A stretch of 64,000 nt of DNA, taken from NCBI GenBank assembly GCA_045611685.1, contig JAZKXO010000097.1:78780-142779 (forward strand). The letters are read 5' to 3'. Of the stretch, positions 17,651 to 26,871 are shown piece by piece. The position numbers were made by a program, and so were the translations under genes. The notes under the pieces were generated by a model, which made no database searches, was not told the origin of the DNA, and saw only the letters and a program-made list of their open reading frames with translations. The number at the start of each line of letters is the position of its first letter. The stretch's first letter is position 1. The DNA is from Eubacteriales bacterium. GTDB lineage: Bacteria; Bacillota; Clostridia; Oscillospirales; CAG-272.

Positions 17651-17653
17651 GTT

Positions 17654-18964
17654 TCAGAAAAAGTTGCGGCGGCGCATTTTCTCCTCACGCCGATGCGCCT
17701 GAATCAAAATGTACGCACCGCTGAAAAGAATGAGAAAGACGATAAGTGCACGGAAGAACCGTCCCGAGGTAAACGCTGTGATCTTCGAGAGGAAGTAGAG
17801 GAACTCACTGCGCGTCACGGAGACGGTAGCGATAAGATCCGTCGTGCCAAGTATCTCGCCGTTATACGTAACGGTAACCGTTCCGCAGATCTGCCCGGCC
17901 TCGACCGGTGCCACGAGGGATTCATCAAACGTATTGTAGCTGAGGTTGAATCCGTTGGGATCAAGATCGCGCGGCAGATACCGGACGATCGACTCAGCGG
18001 GCACGAGGGTTACGTAATCGACGGTAGAGGAAAGTGAAACGCTCATCTCACATACACGTTGGGATACCCCCAGCACCTCCGCGTATCCGTAAGAATCAAA
18101 TGCCCAATCGAGCATATTTTCTACATTTGCATAACTGTAAATATCCTCCTCCGTGCTCTCCGCGTTCATTACGATTGCGAGGTAGGAGAGATTGTCCCTG
18201 GAGGCTACGGAAACAAGGCAATATCCGCTTTGCACCGTGTATCCGGCGTTCATGCCGACGGCATCGGGATAGTAGTATCGGGTATCGTAGAATTTAGACA
18301 ACTGACTATTTCTGTTGAACAGATTGCGGTAGTCCTTTTTGTTCGTCTCGTCCATGACGTACTTGGTAAGTGACGTGATCTCGGTGAATCCGGGGAGACC
18401 GTAGGCATATTTCGCGATCGCCGCCGTATCGGAGACGGTCGTTACCATGCGATCGTCGTGCATGCCCGTAGGGTTGGTGTAGTACGTATTGTACGCGCCG
18501 AGCAGTTGCGCCTTTTCATTCATCATAGAGACGAACTTCTCCACAGACCCACCAACGGTAACGGCAATCACCTGCGCGGCATCGTTCGCCCCGTTGACGA
18601 GGAGCGCGTGAAGCATATCGTTCACCGTAACCTCTTCCCCGACGACAAGGCCTATATTGTTGCCGACGACCTTATAAAGCATCTCAGAGGTAACCGTGAT
18701 CTTTCTCGAGGGATCGCCGCCGAGTGCCTCGACGGCGAGAATACCGGTCATCAGTTTTACGGTGGATGCGGGATACACTTTTGCGTCTTCGTTGTACGTA
18801 TAGAGCACCGCATCGTTTTCTATGTTATAGAGATATGCGCCGCCCGCGTGCTCTACGAGGGGCGGCACGGCCGCTTTTGTCGGCACGGTGAACAAAAAGG
18901 AAAGAAAAGAAAGTGCCGTTGCCACAAGCGTCGCCGCTGAAAAACGGACAAGCAATCTTTTCAT
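17654..18964 (-). CDS. PBP5/DacB-like D-alanyl-D-alanine carboxypeptidase homologue. SxxK is present, but the SxN and KTG motifs are degenerate.
   Basis: Signal/TM N-terminus, ASTVKLMTG (SxxK), and peptidase S11 architecture with a C-terminal TM. Where SGNDAA is expected the sequence reads GANDAA, and where KTG is expected it reads NAG. Confidence 0.75.
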   Translation of the reverse strand: MKRLLVRFSAATLVATALSFLSFLFTVPTKAAVPPLVEHAGGAYLYNIENDAVLYTYNEDAKVYPASTVKLMTGILAVEALGGDPSRKITVTSEMLYKVVGNNIGLVVGEEVTVNDMLHALLVNGANDAAQVIAVTVGGSVEKFVSMMNEKAQLLGAYNTYYTNPTGMHDDRMVTTVSDTAAIAKYAYGLPGFTEITSLTKYVMDETNKKDYRNLFNRNSQLSKFYDTRYYYPDAVGMNAGYTVQSGYCLVSVASRDNLSYLAIVMNAESTEEDIYSYANVENMLDWAFDSYGYAEVLGVSQRVCEMSVSLSSTVDYVTLVPAESIVRYLPRDLDPNGFNLSYNTFDESLVAPVEAGQICGTVTVTYNGEILGTTDLIATVSVTRSEFLYFLSKITAFTSGRFFRALIVFLILFSGAYILIQAHRREEKMRRRNFF

Positions 18965-19914
18965 GACTCACCCTCCTTTATAAGCTCGGGATGATTTTCA
19001 AAATACGAACGCGCTCCCAGAACATCCTTCTCGATCGCTTCCTTCAGCTCGTCAACGGATGAGAATTTCATCTCATCACGAAGGCGGTGGTAAAACTCCA
19101 CGCGGATCAACTCTCCGTAAAGATCACCGTTATAGCCGATGATATGCGTCTCGCAGTTGATCTTATCGCCGTCTGATACGGTAGGGCGAACGCCCACGTT
19201 GGAAACGGCAGGATAGCGGCATCCATCTATCGTACAAGCGCAGGCATAAATACCGCGGAGGGGAATAATGTGCCCCTCGGGAAACGTCTGATTGACGGTG
19301 GGCAGTCCTATCGTTCGGCCAAGCTTACGCCCATGCACCACGGGAAGGCAGATCGAAAACGGGCGGCCGAGAAGTGCCGCCGCTTCTTCCATATCGCCCT
19401 CTGCCACAGCGGCACGGATGCGCGTGGAAGAAACGATGCGCCCATCAAAAACGACCGGCGGTACGACCGTAACAGAGCACCCGCGCGGTGAAAGAAGCGC
19501 CGAAAGAAGCTCTGCATCACCCGCGCCGCCCTTGCCGAAACGGTAATTGAATCCGCAGACGGCGGCGGCACAGTGCAGTTTTTCATAAAGATATGAGATC
19601 GCGAACGTCTCAGGCGAGAGTGGACGCATATCTTCGAAATTCTCTAAAATAGCGTACTGTACACCCGACGCGGCGATATGGCGGAGCTTTTCCTCCGTCG
19701 TCGTGAGCGAAGGGATCGATGACACGTCCTTTGCAAGCGTCGTGAACGACCAGACCGCACAGACGCACCCCGGTATTCGGGCGGCAATTTCCCGCACAGC
19801 GGAAAGAAGCCTCTCGTGCCCGCGGTGAACGCCGTCAAAATTACCCAGCGCGACGGCAAGCGGACGGTCCGGCAATGCTGTAACCGTCATTTCGGGAAGT
19901 TTGTAAATCGTCAT
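18961..19914 (-). CDS. ribF: Bifunctional riboflavin kinase / FMN adenylyltransferase
   Basis: ALGNFDGVHRGH, and a C-terminal riboflavin kinase domain (PTVNQ ... GIYA ... RLRDEMKF). Confidence 0.9.
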   Translation of the reverse strand: MTIYKLPEMTVTALPDRPLAVALGNFDGVHRGHERLLSAVREIAARIPGCVCAVWSFTTLAKDVSSIPSLTTTEEKLRHIAASGVQYAILENFEDMRPLSPETFAISYLYEKLHCAAAVCGFNYRFGKGGAGDAELLSALLSPRGCSVTVVPPVVFDGRIVSSTRIRAAVAEGDMEEAAALLGRPFSICLPVVHGRKLGRTIGLPTVNQTFPEGHIIPLRGIYACACTIDGCRYPAVSNVGVRPTVSDGDKINCETHIIGYNGDLYGELIRVEFYHRLRDEMKFSSVDELKEAIEKDVLGARSYFENHPELIKEGES

Positions 19915-19937
19915 TTGTATCCTTGATCGAAAGTGAA

Positions 19938-20900
19938 TTATAAGACCTTAATGGCAAAAAGCGGGCACACCCGCGAACAGTAGCCGCAAAGAACGCACTT
20001 TCCCATATCGACTGAGGCATGTCCGTCGATAACCGAAAGCGCCCCCTGCGCACAGCGGGAGACACACGCACCGCATCCCTCGCAGTAGTCCTCGATATGA
20101 AGACGGCGCGTTTTCTCCGAAAGCGCCACCTTTGCCGCCTCGGGAAACGAGCGCGTTTCAAAATACGCGATATTGGCATCGATCTCCGCCTCGGACTGCA
20201 TACCGACCGCGATCGCGTCAATATACGGCTTGGAGAGCGCAAAATCAAAAGCCTCGGACGCCTCGCGGAACAAGTGTCCGCCGCCGAGCACTTTCATTGC
20301 AAAAACACCGATCCCGAGATCGTGTGCACGGGAAACGGCAGACTCCATCTCCGCGATCGTACCGTCGGCGATACCGTACCCGCCACGGTTGAAGATGGGA
20401 TGGATCACGTCGAGAGTAACACCGCGGCGGGCGAGTTCAATGACACCCTCCACGGCGGCAACGTGATGCATGGACGCACCCACCGCCCGTATAACTCCCT
20501 TTGCTTTGCACTCGAACAGATACTCGAGCGCCTCGCGGTGTCCGCGCAGTGTTTCGTAGCTCTCCTGCTCGTGCAGCATAAAGATGTCGATCACGTCACG
20601 GTTCAGTTCCCGTCTGGCCTCTTCCACCGCTTCGATCGCCATCTCTCTCGTGTAGGCGTAAGTTTTCGTGGAGATGACCACGTCATCGCCTTTGTAAAGC
20701 TCCAGCGCACGGCGGATGAGCGGATAATTCTCGTAATACTGCGCCGTATCAGTAAAAGAGACGCCGCGGGAGAATGCGTAGGCGAGGACCTCCGCCGCCC
20801 GCTCGGGGGGCAGATTTGCCTGCACGGGACTTACTGTAAGCGATCCGATACAAAGGCGCGAAACGGAGACGTCGGACGCCCCGAGCGTAGTGTATTCCAT
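19938..20900 (-). CDS. Aldo/keto reductase fused to a C-terminal 2x[4Fe-4S] ferredoxin domain
   Basis: AKR N-terminal motifs (LGASDVSVSRLCIG, FTDTAQYY). C-terminal CEGCGACVSRC ... CVLCGYCSRVCP. Confidence 0.85.
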   Translation of the reverse strand: MEYTTLGASDVSVSRLCIGSLTVSPVQANLPPERAAEVLAYAFSRGVSFTDTAQYYENYPLIRRALELYKGDDVVISTKTYAYTREMAIEAVEEARRELNRDVIDIFMLHEQESYETLRGHREALEYLFECKAKGVIRAVGASMHHVAAVEGVIELARRGVTLDVIHPIFNRGGYGIADGTIAEMESAVSRAHDLGIGVFAMKVLGGGHLFREASEAFDFALSKPYIDAIAVGMQSEAEIDANIAYFETRSFPEAAKVALSEKTRRLHIEDYCEGCGACVSRCAQGALSVIDGHASVDMGKCVLCGYCSRVCPLFAIKVL

Positions 20901-20905
20901 AAAAA

Positions 20906-21163
20906 TCAGAGTCCCAGATACGTACGGACGAGCGCGCCCATCAGTTCATACCGATCAATACGCGCGATAAGACTTCTGGCGTTTTTGTAGTTGGTAATGT
21001 ACGTCGGGTCCTCAGACAGAATATATTCAACGATCTGGTGGATAGGATTGTATCCCTTCTCGCTTAGTGCCTCGTATACGGCAGACAGCGTTGTCTGGAT
21101 CTCGCGGTCTTTTTCATCCACGATGGAGAACGTTTTGGTTTTTTCTTTATCGAAGATAGACAT
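20906..21163 (-). CDS. ireB: IreB-family regulatory phosphoprotein (UPF0297/DUF965)
   Basis: 85 aa. TLSAVYEALSEKGYNPIHQIVEYILSEDPTYIT is the family signature. Confidence 0.85.
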   Translation of the reverse strand: MSIFDKEKTKTFSIVDEKDREIQTTLSAVYEALSEKGYNPIHQIVEYILSEDPTYITNYKNARSLIARIDRYELMGALVRTYLGL

Positions 21164-21245
21164 AGTGATTCTCCGAAGACGCCAAGTGGCATCGGTTTCC
21201 TTTCCCTTGCGATTTCAGCCGCACCCGGACTGATCCTTTACAAAT

Positions 21246-21274
21246 ATTATACCCTCAAATCTTTTGAAATGCAA
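21246..21274 (-). promoter_or_regulatory. Candidate sigma-A promoter of the ireB-AKR-ribF-dac operon (TTGCAT - 17 - TATAAT)
   Basis: Reverse complement: TTGCAT (21269-21274), 17-nt spacer, TATAAT (21246-21251). Confidence 0.45.
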
Positions 21275-21358
21275 TAGATACGGATGAATCAGCCGATTTT
21301 TTGTTGCACGGTAACTTTCGCCGAAATGCAACTATTTCAGAAAAAGCCCCCAATGCCA

Positions 21359-21388
21359 TTGACACTATTACTATAATTATGGTATAAT
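21359..21388 (+). promoter_or_regulatory. Candidate sigma-A promoter of the MinD-like gene (TTGACA - 18 - TATAAT)
   Basis: TTGACA 21359-21364, TATAAT 21383-21388. Confidence 0.5.
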
Positions 21389-21452
21389 TACTGTGAGCAT
21401 TTGGATAATACATCTATTTCGTTGCGTTTAAAAAACGGGGAGGCGATGTCCT

Positions 21453-22235
21453 TTGAAACTCATGAAAAGAATCGTCGTGACATCTGCCAAGGGCGGTATC
21501 GGAAAATCGACGGCAGCTCTCGGCCTTGCCGCGGCGCTCGCAAACGCCGGCCACCGCACGCTTCTCGTTGATTGTGATATCGGCAACCGATGCCTCGATC
21601 TCATGCTGGGTCTCGAGGACCGCGTGCTCTACGATCTCAGCGACGTAGCAGAGGGACGCTGTACGCCCTCGGATGCGCTCATCCAGCCGGAGGGAATGAC
21701 GGATCTGTACTTCTGCGCGGCGCCCGTAACGGCCGCCGCAGAGCCGGAATCGGAGATCTCCGCATACATACAGGCGCTCCGGCTCCTCGCCGAAGAAACA
21801 AATGCGGAATATATCCTTTGCGACACCGCGGGCACGGGTCCGCTCGTGCGCGCCATCGCCGAAGACTTTGCACACGGCGCCTTAGTGATCGCCACCCAAC
21901 AGCCCGCGTCGATCCGCTCAGCGGAGCACACTGCCTCTCTTATGGAGACGTGGGGCAATCTTCCCTGCCGCCTTCTCATATCCATGTTTGAAGACCGCGC
22001 CGCCACCGACGGCAGCCGCGCAGGACTTCTCGAAATCATCGACAAAACGCACGTCCGCACGGTAGGCGTCGTCCCGAGAGACAGAGCACTCATGCTCGCT
22101 CAAGAAGAAGGACGTCTCCCCGACGGAAAATCCCGCGCCGGACGCGCTTTCAGAAATATCGCCATCCGCCTCACGGGAGAAGACGTGCCGCTCTTTTACG
22201 GTATCCGTGAGATCAAAACGGGCAAAGTGCTGTAA
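21453..22235 (+). CDS. MinD-like ParA/MinD-family P-loop ATPase (orphan: no minC/minE nearby)
   Basis: VTSAKGGIGKST deviant Walker A. DCDIGNRCLDLMLGLEDRVLYDLSDVAEGRC closely parallels the MinD consensus. TTG 21453 start (GGGGAGG RBS), with ATG 21462 as the alternative. Confidence 0.75.
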   Translation: MKLMKRIVVTSAKGGIGKSTAALGLAAALANAGHRTLLVDCDIGNRCLDLMLGLEDRVLYDLSDVAEGRCTPSDALIQPEGMTDLYFCAAPVTAAAEPESEISAYIQALRLLAEETNAEYILCDTAGTGPLVRAIAEDFAHGALVIATQQPASIRSAEHTASLMETWGNLPCRLLISMFEDRAATDGSRAGLLEIIDKTHVRTVGVVPRDRALMLAQEEGRLPDGKSRAGRAFRNIAIRLTGEDVPLFYGIREIKTGKVL

Positions 22236-22291
22236 CACCTGCCCCCGATCACCGCTTAAGAAAGAATCTATACAGGAGCACACCGAATACT

Positions 22292-22732
22292 ATGGAAATC
22301 GCTTTGATTGCAGACGACACCAAAAAAGAACTTATGACCGAGTTTTGCATCGCGTATTGCGGCATTCTGAGCAAGCACAATCTCTGTGCCACCAGCACGA
22401 CCGGTAAGTATATCGAAGAAGCCACGGGTCTGCATGTGGAGAAGCTTCTCTCCGGCACGCACGGCGGCGAGCAGCAGATCATGTCCCGCGTTTCGTATAA
22501 CGAGATCGACGTCCTCCTCTATTTCCGCAGTACCACAGCGGATCTTCCGTTTTATCAGGAGGAAGAATACAACCTGCTCCGTATGTGCGACGTGCACAAC
22601 GTTCCCGTTGCCACGAACATCGCCACGGCGGAGATCCTCGTCTGCGCGATCGACCGCGGGGACCTCGACTGGCGCGAGATCGTCAACCCCAAATCGGACT
22701 ACAACCGCCGCCGCCGCGGACTTTCCAACTGA
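22292..22732 (+). CDS. Methylglyoxal synthase-like (MGS fold) protein with non-canonical active-site residues
   Basis: Collinear with MgsA (IALIA-DD-KK, ATSTTG, SG..GGEQQ, VPVATN..TAEILV). ADD replaces AHD, GGEQQ replaces GGDQQ, and FYQEEE replaces PHEPD. Confidence 0.75.
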   Translation: MEIALIADDTKKELMTEFCIAYCGILSKHNLCATSTTGKYIEEATGLHVEKLLSGTHGGEQQIMSRVSYNEIDVLLYFRSTTADLPFYQEEEYNLLRMCDVHNVPVATNIATAEILVCAIDRGDLDWREIVNPKSDYNRRRRGLSN

Positions 22733-23433
22733 TGAAAAAGAAAATCAAAAACGAAATCACCGCCTCCGCCCCGGACAGTATTGCCAGAGGCGCCGAGGCG
22801 GTGCGTCTTCTTAAGGAGATCTACCCCACGGCGGAGTGCTCGCTCGAATCGGGCGGCGATCCGTGGCGCCTTTTGATCATGGCACGCCTCTCCGCCCAAT
22901 GCACCGACGAACGGGTAAATATCGTCTGCCGTACCCTTTTTCGGGAGATCCCCGACGCGAAAGCGATGGCAGAGGCACCGCTTCCCCGAATCGAAGAACT
23001 CGTAAAACCGTGCGGCCTCTACCGCATGAAGGCGAAAAGCATAAAGGAAGCGAGCGAGATCCTTCTGCGCGATCACGGCGGCGAGGTACCCGATACGATG
23101 GAAGAACTGCTCTCCCTGCCGGGCGTGGGCAGAAAGATCGCAAATCTTCTGCTGGGCGACATCTTCGGGAAAGGCGGCATCGTCGCGGACACCCACTGCA
23201 TGCGCATCGCGGGCAGGCTCGGATTCTATCCCGAAACGCTCCGCGATCCCGTCAAGGTCGAGAAGATTCTCTCCCCCGTCATCGAGAAGGAAGAACAGTC
23301 CGATTTCTGTCACCGTATCGTCCACTTCGGCAGAGAATACTGCATGGCACGCGCCCCCGTCTGCGAAAAAGATCCCCGGGCATGTCCGCTTCACGGCATC
23401 TGTGCACATATAAAAAACAAAGAGAGCCTTTGA
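22732..23433 (+). CDS. nth: Endonuclease III (HhH-GPD DNA glycosylase/AP lyase)
   Basis: ATG 22732 overlaps the upstream stop (TGATG). LPGVGRKIANLLLG HhH motif and a C-terminal Cys cluster. Confidence 0.85.
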   Translation: MKKKIKNEITASAPDSIARGAEAVRLLKEIYPTAECSLESGGDPWRLLIMARLSAQCTDERVNIVCRTLFREIPDAKAMAEAPLPRIEELVKPCGLYRMKAKSIKEASEILLRDHGGEVPDTMEELLSLPGVGRKIANLLLGDIFGKGGIVADTHCMRIAGRLGFYPETLRDPVKVEKILSPVIEKEEQSDFCHRIVHFGREYCMARAPVCEKDPRACPLHGICAHIKNKESL

Positions 23434-23443
23434 GGCTCTCTTT
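23418..23443. terminator. Bidirectional terminator hairpin between nth and the GDPD gene
   Basis: AAGAGAGCC tttg aGGCTCTCTT stem-loop with A/T runs on both sides. Confidence 0.6.
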
Positions 23444-23446
23444 TCT

Positions 23447-24268
23447 TTATTTTCTCAGCATATCGGAAACGTTCTCACAGATGAACGCGTCAAAATATCG
23501 CTTTGAGGCTTTGTATTCCTCCACCGTCCGCACCGTCCACGCAAAGGTTGCCGCACCGAACATGCGGCATAGCCGCACGGGAAGATACCCGCCGTACAAA
23601 TGGCGTACCGCCACGAAATCCGGCCGAACGAGGAAATTCAGAAGCATCCGCTGGAGCAGAAAGGCAGTAATCCCCCGTCTTTCACCGTCCCGTTTGTATT
23701 TCGTCGTCAGAATCCCGCGCATCACGTGCGGCGCAAGCTTGCGGTAGCGCGAAACGAGAAACGGATTGAACGACTCCACACAGTACGGCCCGCCGTAATT
23801 TTCGAGGATCGGCATAGCGGCGTCAGCGAGAGATGTGTCGGTGTTCTCGCCCTTCAGTTCGATAATGAGCGGCACTTTTCCGTCCACGAGCGCGAGAACG
23901 TCGCGGAGTGTAGGGATTTTCTCCCCCGTTTCGAGAAGCGGCATCGCGGTGATTTCGACGGCAGTCATCTCCTCCGGCTTGCGTGGATCGCCGCACATAC
24001 GGGTAAGCGTCTTGTCGTGGAAAACGATCACTTCACCGTCGGCGGTGAGATGGAGATCCAGTTCAATACCCACCCCACGCTTCACGGCAGAGCGGAACGC
24101 GGCGAGCGAATTTTCAGGCACACGGATATTGTCAAAGTCCCCACGGTGCGCATAGATCTGCCCGAGGAAATCGGAAAACCGCTTTTTCGCGCCGCCGCGG
24201 GGCGCGATGAGAAACAGATAGACGATGACGGCGACGGCAGCCGCCGCCAAAACAACGTACAGCGTCAT
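23447..24268 (-). CDS. Glycerophosphodiester phosphodiesterase family protein (membrane-anchored)
   Basis: N-terminal TM. AHRGD..ENSLAAF, IELDLHLTADGEVIVFHD GDPD motifs. Confidence 0.85.
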   Translation of the reverse strand: MTLYVVLAAAAVAVIVYLFLIAPRGGAKKRFSDFLGQIYAHRGDFDNIRVPENSLAAFRSAVKRGVGIELDLHLTADGEVIVFHDKTLTRMCGDPRKPEEMTAVEITAMPLLETGEKIPTLRDVLALVDGKVPLIIELKGENTDTSLADAAMPILENYGGPYCVESFNPFLVSRYRKLAPHVMRGILTTKYKRDGERRGITAFLLQRMLLNFLVRPDFVAVRHLYGGYLPVRLCRMFGAATFAWTVRTVEEYKASKRYFDAFICENVSDMLRK

Positions 24269-24270
24269 AA

Positions 24271-25566
24271 TCAGTCGTCCGTATCAAAGGTTTCAAGAAC
24301 GGATTTCTTCATACCGGGGCGGCTGTCGCCGTGGCGAACCTGCCACATGGTAAAGAGCGCCAGCCCGGAGAACACGACCGCATACGGGAACAGAATGCGG
24401 TATCCGATAAGCTGAATCAGCACGCCCGATAGGATCGGCGTTACGATCTGCGCCGCCATCGAAAACGTATAGTAGATGCCGGTGTAGCGGCCGACGTCCG
24501 CGCCGGAGCTCATCTCTACCACCATCGGGTAGGAGTTTACGTTGATCGCCGCCCAGCCGATACCGATAAGGCCCATGATCGCGTAAATAACGAGGCTGTA
24601 CTGTCTGAGAAGGAATCCCGCAAAATACGCGGCGGTCATAAGCGCTACGCCGAACAGGATCACTTTCTTTCTGCCGAATCTCGACGAGATCGCGCCGATC
24701 GGGATATAACTGACGGTGGCAACGAGCGTGGCAACGAGCATCATGGATGCCCCCTGCCCCTCGGAGATGCTCCATACCTCGAGCACGTAACGGGAGTAGA
24801 CGCTTGATACCGCGTTATAGGCGATATACCAGAGCGCCACGGAAGCGAGAATGAAAAGGAGACTCCGGCGAACCTCCGGCGCGAGTGCACGCTTCTCAGC
24901 GGGCGCTTCGGTTTCTTTCGCTTCGTTTTCTTCCTCTTTTCTGATTTCGGCGGCGATCTTATTTTCACGGACGGTGAGCACAAGAATCAAAGCTGCCGCC
25001 ACCATAAATCCGGCGATAATGGCGAAAACTGTAAAATAGCTTGCCTCCTTCGTGCCGGTTTCGGTATCGACCGACGGAAGCAGGAACATAATGATGAGAT
25101 AGGTAAAGATACCACCGAGAGCGCCCATCAGATTGATAACGGCGTTACCCGCACTGCGAAGCGGCTTCGGCGTCAGATCGGGCATGAGCGCGACCGCAGG
25201 GGAGCGGTACGTCGCCATAGCGATAAGGAGAAAGGCGAGAGAAAGGCAGAAGAGAAGGAAATTTCTCGACCAGTCGGCGGCTGATACGACGATCATGAGA
25301 GCGGCGGCGGCAAACGTGCCGAAAAGGATAAACGGCGTCCGTTTACCAAGCCGCGTGTTCGTTCTGTCGGAGAGCATGCCGAAAAGCGGCAGAAGGAATA
25401 CGGCGAGAACATTGTCCGCCGCCATAACGACACCCGTTACGGATTCCGAAAGGCCGAACGTGTACTTTAGAATATAGGGCACGACGTAATCGTACAGCTG
25501 CCAGAACGCGCAGATAGACATGAAGGCAAGGCCGACAAAAAAGGTCCGCTTGTAATTGAGTTTCAT
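24271..25566 (-). CDS. MFS transporter
   Basis: About 12 predicted TM segments, GMLSDRTNTRLGKR (MFS loop 2-3 motif), GGGAGGAAG RBS. Co-operonic with the GDPD gene. Confidence 0.8.
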   Translation of the reverse strand: MKLNYKRTFFVGLAFMSICAFWQLYDYVVPYILKYTFGLSESVTGVVMAADNVLAVFLLPLFGMLSDRTNTRLGKRTPFILFGTFAAAALMIVVSAADWSRNFLLFCLSLAFLLIAMATYRSPAVALMPDLTPKPLRSAGNAVINLMGALGGIFTYLIIMFLLPSVDTETGTKEASYFTVFAIIAGFMVAAALILVLTVRENKIAAEIRKEEENEAKETEAPAEKRALAPEVRRSLLFILASVALWYIAYNAVSSVYSRYVLEVWSISEGQGASMMLVATLVATVSYIPIGAISSRFGRKKVILFGVALMTAAYFAGFLLRQYSLVIYAIMGLIGIGWAAINVNSYPMVVEMSSGADVGRYTGIYYTFSMAAQIVTPILSGVLIQLIGYRILFPYAVVFSGLALFTMWQVRHGDSRPGMKKSVLETFDTDD

Positions 25567-25611
25567 ACTTCCTCCCGTGCGAAAAACCGCACTTCACATA
25601 TGGTATGTGCT

Positions 25612-26871
25612 TCAGCGCACCTGACCGTCACCGGTTACGAGATATTTTTCCGTAGTGAGCGCCGTAAGGCCCATAGGACCGCGTGCGTGGAGTTTTTGCG
25701 TAGAAATACCGAGTTCCGCACCGAAGCCGAACTCGCCGCCGTCGGTGAAGCGGGTAGATGCGTTGACGTACACCGCCGCCGCGTCTACGGCAGACTGAAA
25801 ATACTCGGCGGCCGAAAGATCGTTCGTTACGATCGATTCGCTGTGACCGGTATTGTATCGGTTGATGTGCGAGACCGCATCTTCCACGGAAGAGACGACC
25901 TTCACGGAAACGATCAGATCGTTGTATTCCGTCTCCCAGTCTTCCTCTGTCGCAGGCACGACGTCCGGGAGAATCTCACGCGTCCGCTCACATCCGCGGA
26001 TCTCGCAGTGGTTTTCATCCATCGCTTTTTTGAGCATGGGCAGAAATTCAGGTGCAACCTCGGCATCCACGAGGATCGTCTCGCAGGCGTTGCAGACGGA
26101 CGGGCGCGAAATTTTCGCATTGACGGCGATCCGGAGCGCCTTTGTAAGATCAGCGGCAGAATGCACGTACAAATGGCAGTTGCCCGCCCCCGTTTCGATC
26201 ACAGGCACGCGCGCGTTATCGACCACGGCGCGGATCAGTCCCTTACCGCCGCGCGGCACGAGCACGTCGATACATCCCCGCATCTGCATCAGTGCCTCCG
26301 AAGAAGCGCGGGTGGTGTTCTCGATGAGCTGAACCGCTTCGGCTGCCAGTCCGGACTGTGCCAGCGCACGGCGAGCCAATGCGGTAATGGCACGATTCGA
26401 TTCGATGGCCTCCTTGCCGCCGCGAAGGACTACGGCGTTGCCGCTTTTGATGCACAGGGCGGCCACGTCGGCGGCGACGTTCGGGCGCGCTTCAAAGATC
26501 ACGCCGACGACGCCCATCGGCACGCGCACGCGGCGGATCGTAAGGCCGTTCGGGCGTGTCCAGCATTCGCCCTTGCCCACGGGATCCGGCAATGCGGCGA
26601 TATCCTCCACACCCTTTGCCATTCCTTCGATCCGCGCCTCGGTCAGGCGAAGTCTGTCAAGCATGGTATCCCGCACGCCGTTTTCGGCGGCATTCGAAAG
26701 GTCTCGGGCATTGGCTTCCAAAATCACGGATGCATTCTCCCGCAGAAAATTCGCAAATAGGCAGAGCGCCCGGTTCTTCACCTCGGTATGTGCGCCGGCA
26801 AGCCGGGCGGAATGCGCTTTCGCCCGCCTACACAGATCCATAACCTCTTCGTATACTGCGCTTTGTTCCAT
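25612..26871 (-). CDS. proA: Glutamate-5-semialdehyde dehydrogenase (gamma-glutamyl phosphate reductase)
   Basis: 419 aa. NASTRFTDGGEFGFGAE, CNACETILV and other family-typical motifs. Confidence 0.9.
   Translation of the reverse strand: MEQSAVYEEVMDLCRRAKAHSARLAGAHTEVKNRALCLFANFLRENASVILEANARDLSNAAENGVRDTMLDRLRLTEARIEGMAKGVEDIAALPDPVGKGECWTRPNGLTIRRVRVPMGVVGVIFEARPNVAADVAALCIKSGNAVVLRGGKEAIESNRAITALARRALAQSGLAAEAVQLIENTTRASSEALMQMRGCIDVLVPRGGKGLIRAVVDNARVPVIETGAGNCHLYVHSAADLTKALRIAVNAKISRPSVCNACETILVDAEVAPEFLPMLKKAMDENHCEIRGCERTREILPDVVPATEEDWETEYNDLIVSVKVVSSVEDAVSHINRYNTGHSESIVTNDLSAAEYFQSAVDAAAVYVNASTRFTDGGEFGFGAELGISTQKLHARGPMGLTALTTEKYLVTGDGQVR

Noticed and set aside
17023-17653. Possibility that the convergent-gene gap holds a dif/XerCD terminus site
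   Set aside because: I found no sequence resembling the Firmicute dif consensus (ACTTCCTAGAATATATATTATGTAAACT-like 28-mer). The DnaA-box content argues the opposite (origin-type) function.
23340-23433. Unusual Cys spacing in the endonuclease III Fe-S cluster loop (C-x6-C-x6-C-x5-C instead of C-x6-C-x2-C-x5-C)
   Set aside because: All four Cys ligands are present. A 4-residue loop insertion is probably within normal family variation, and I cannot verify its rarity without an alignment.
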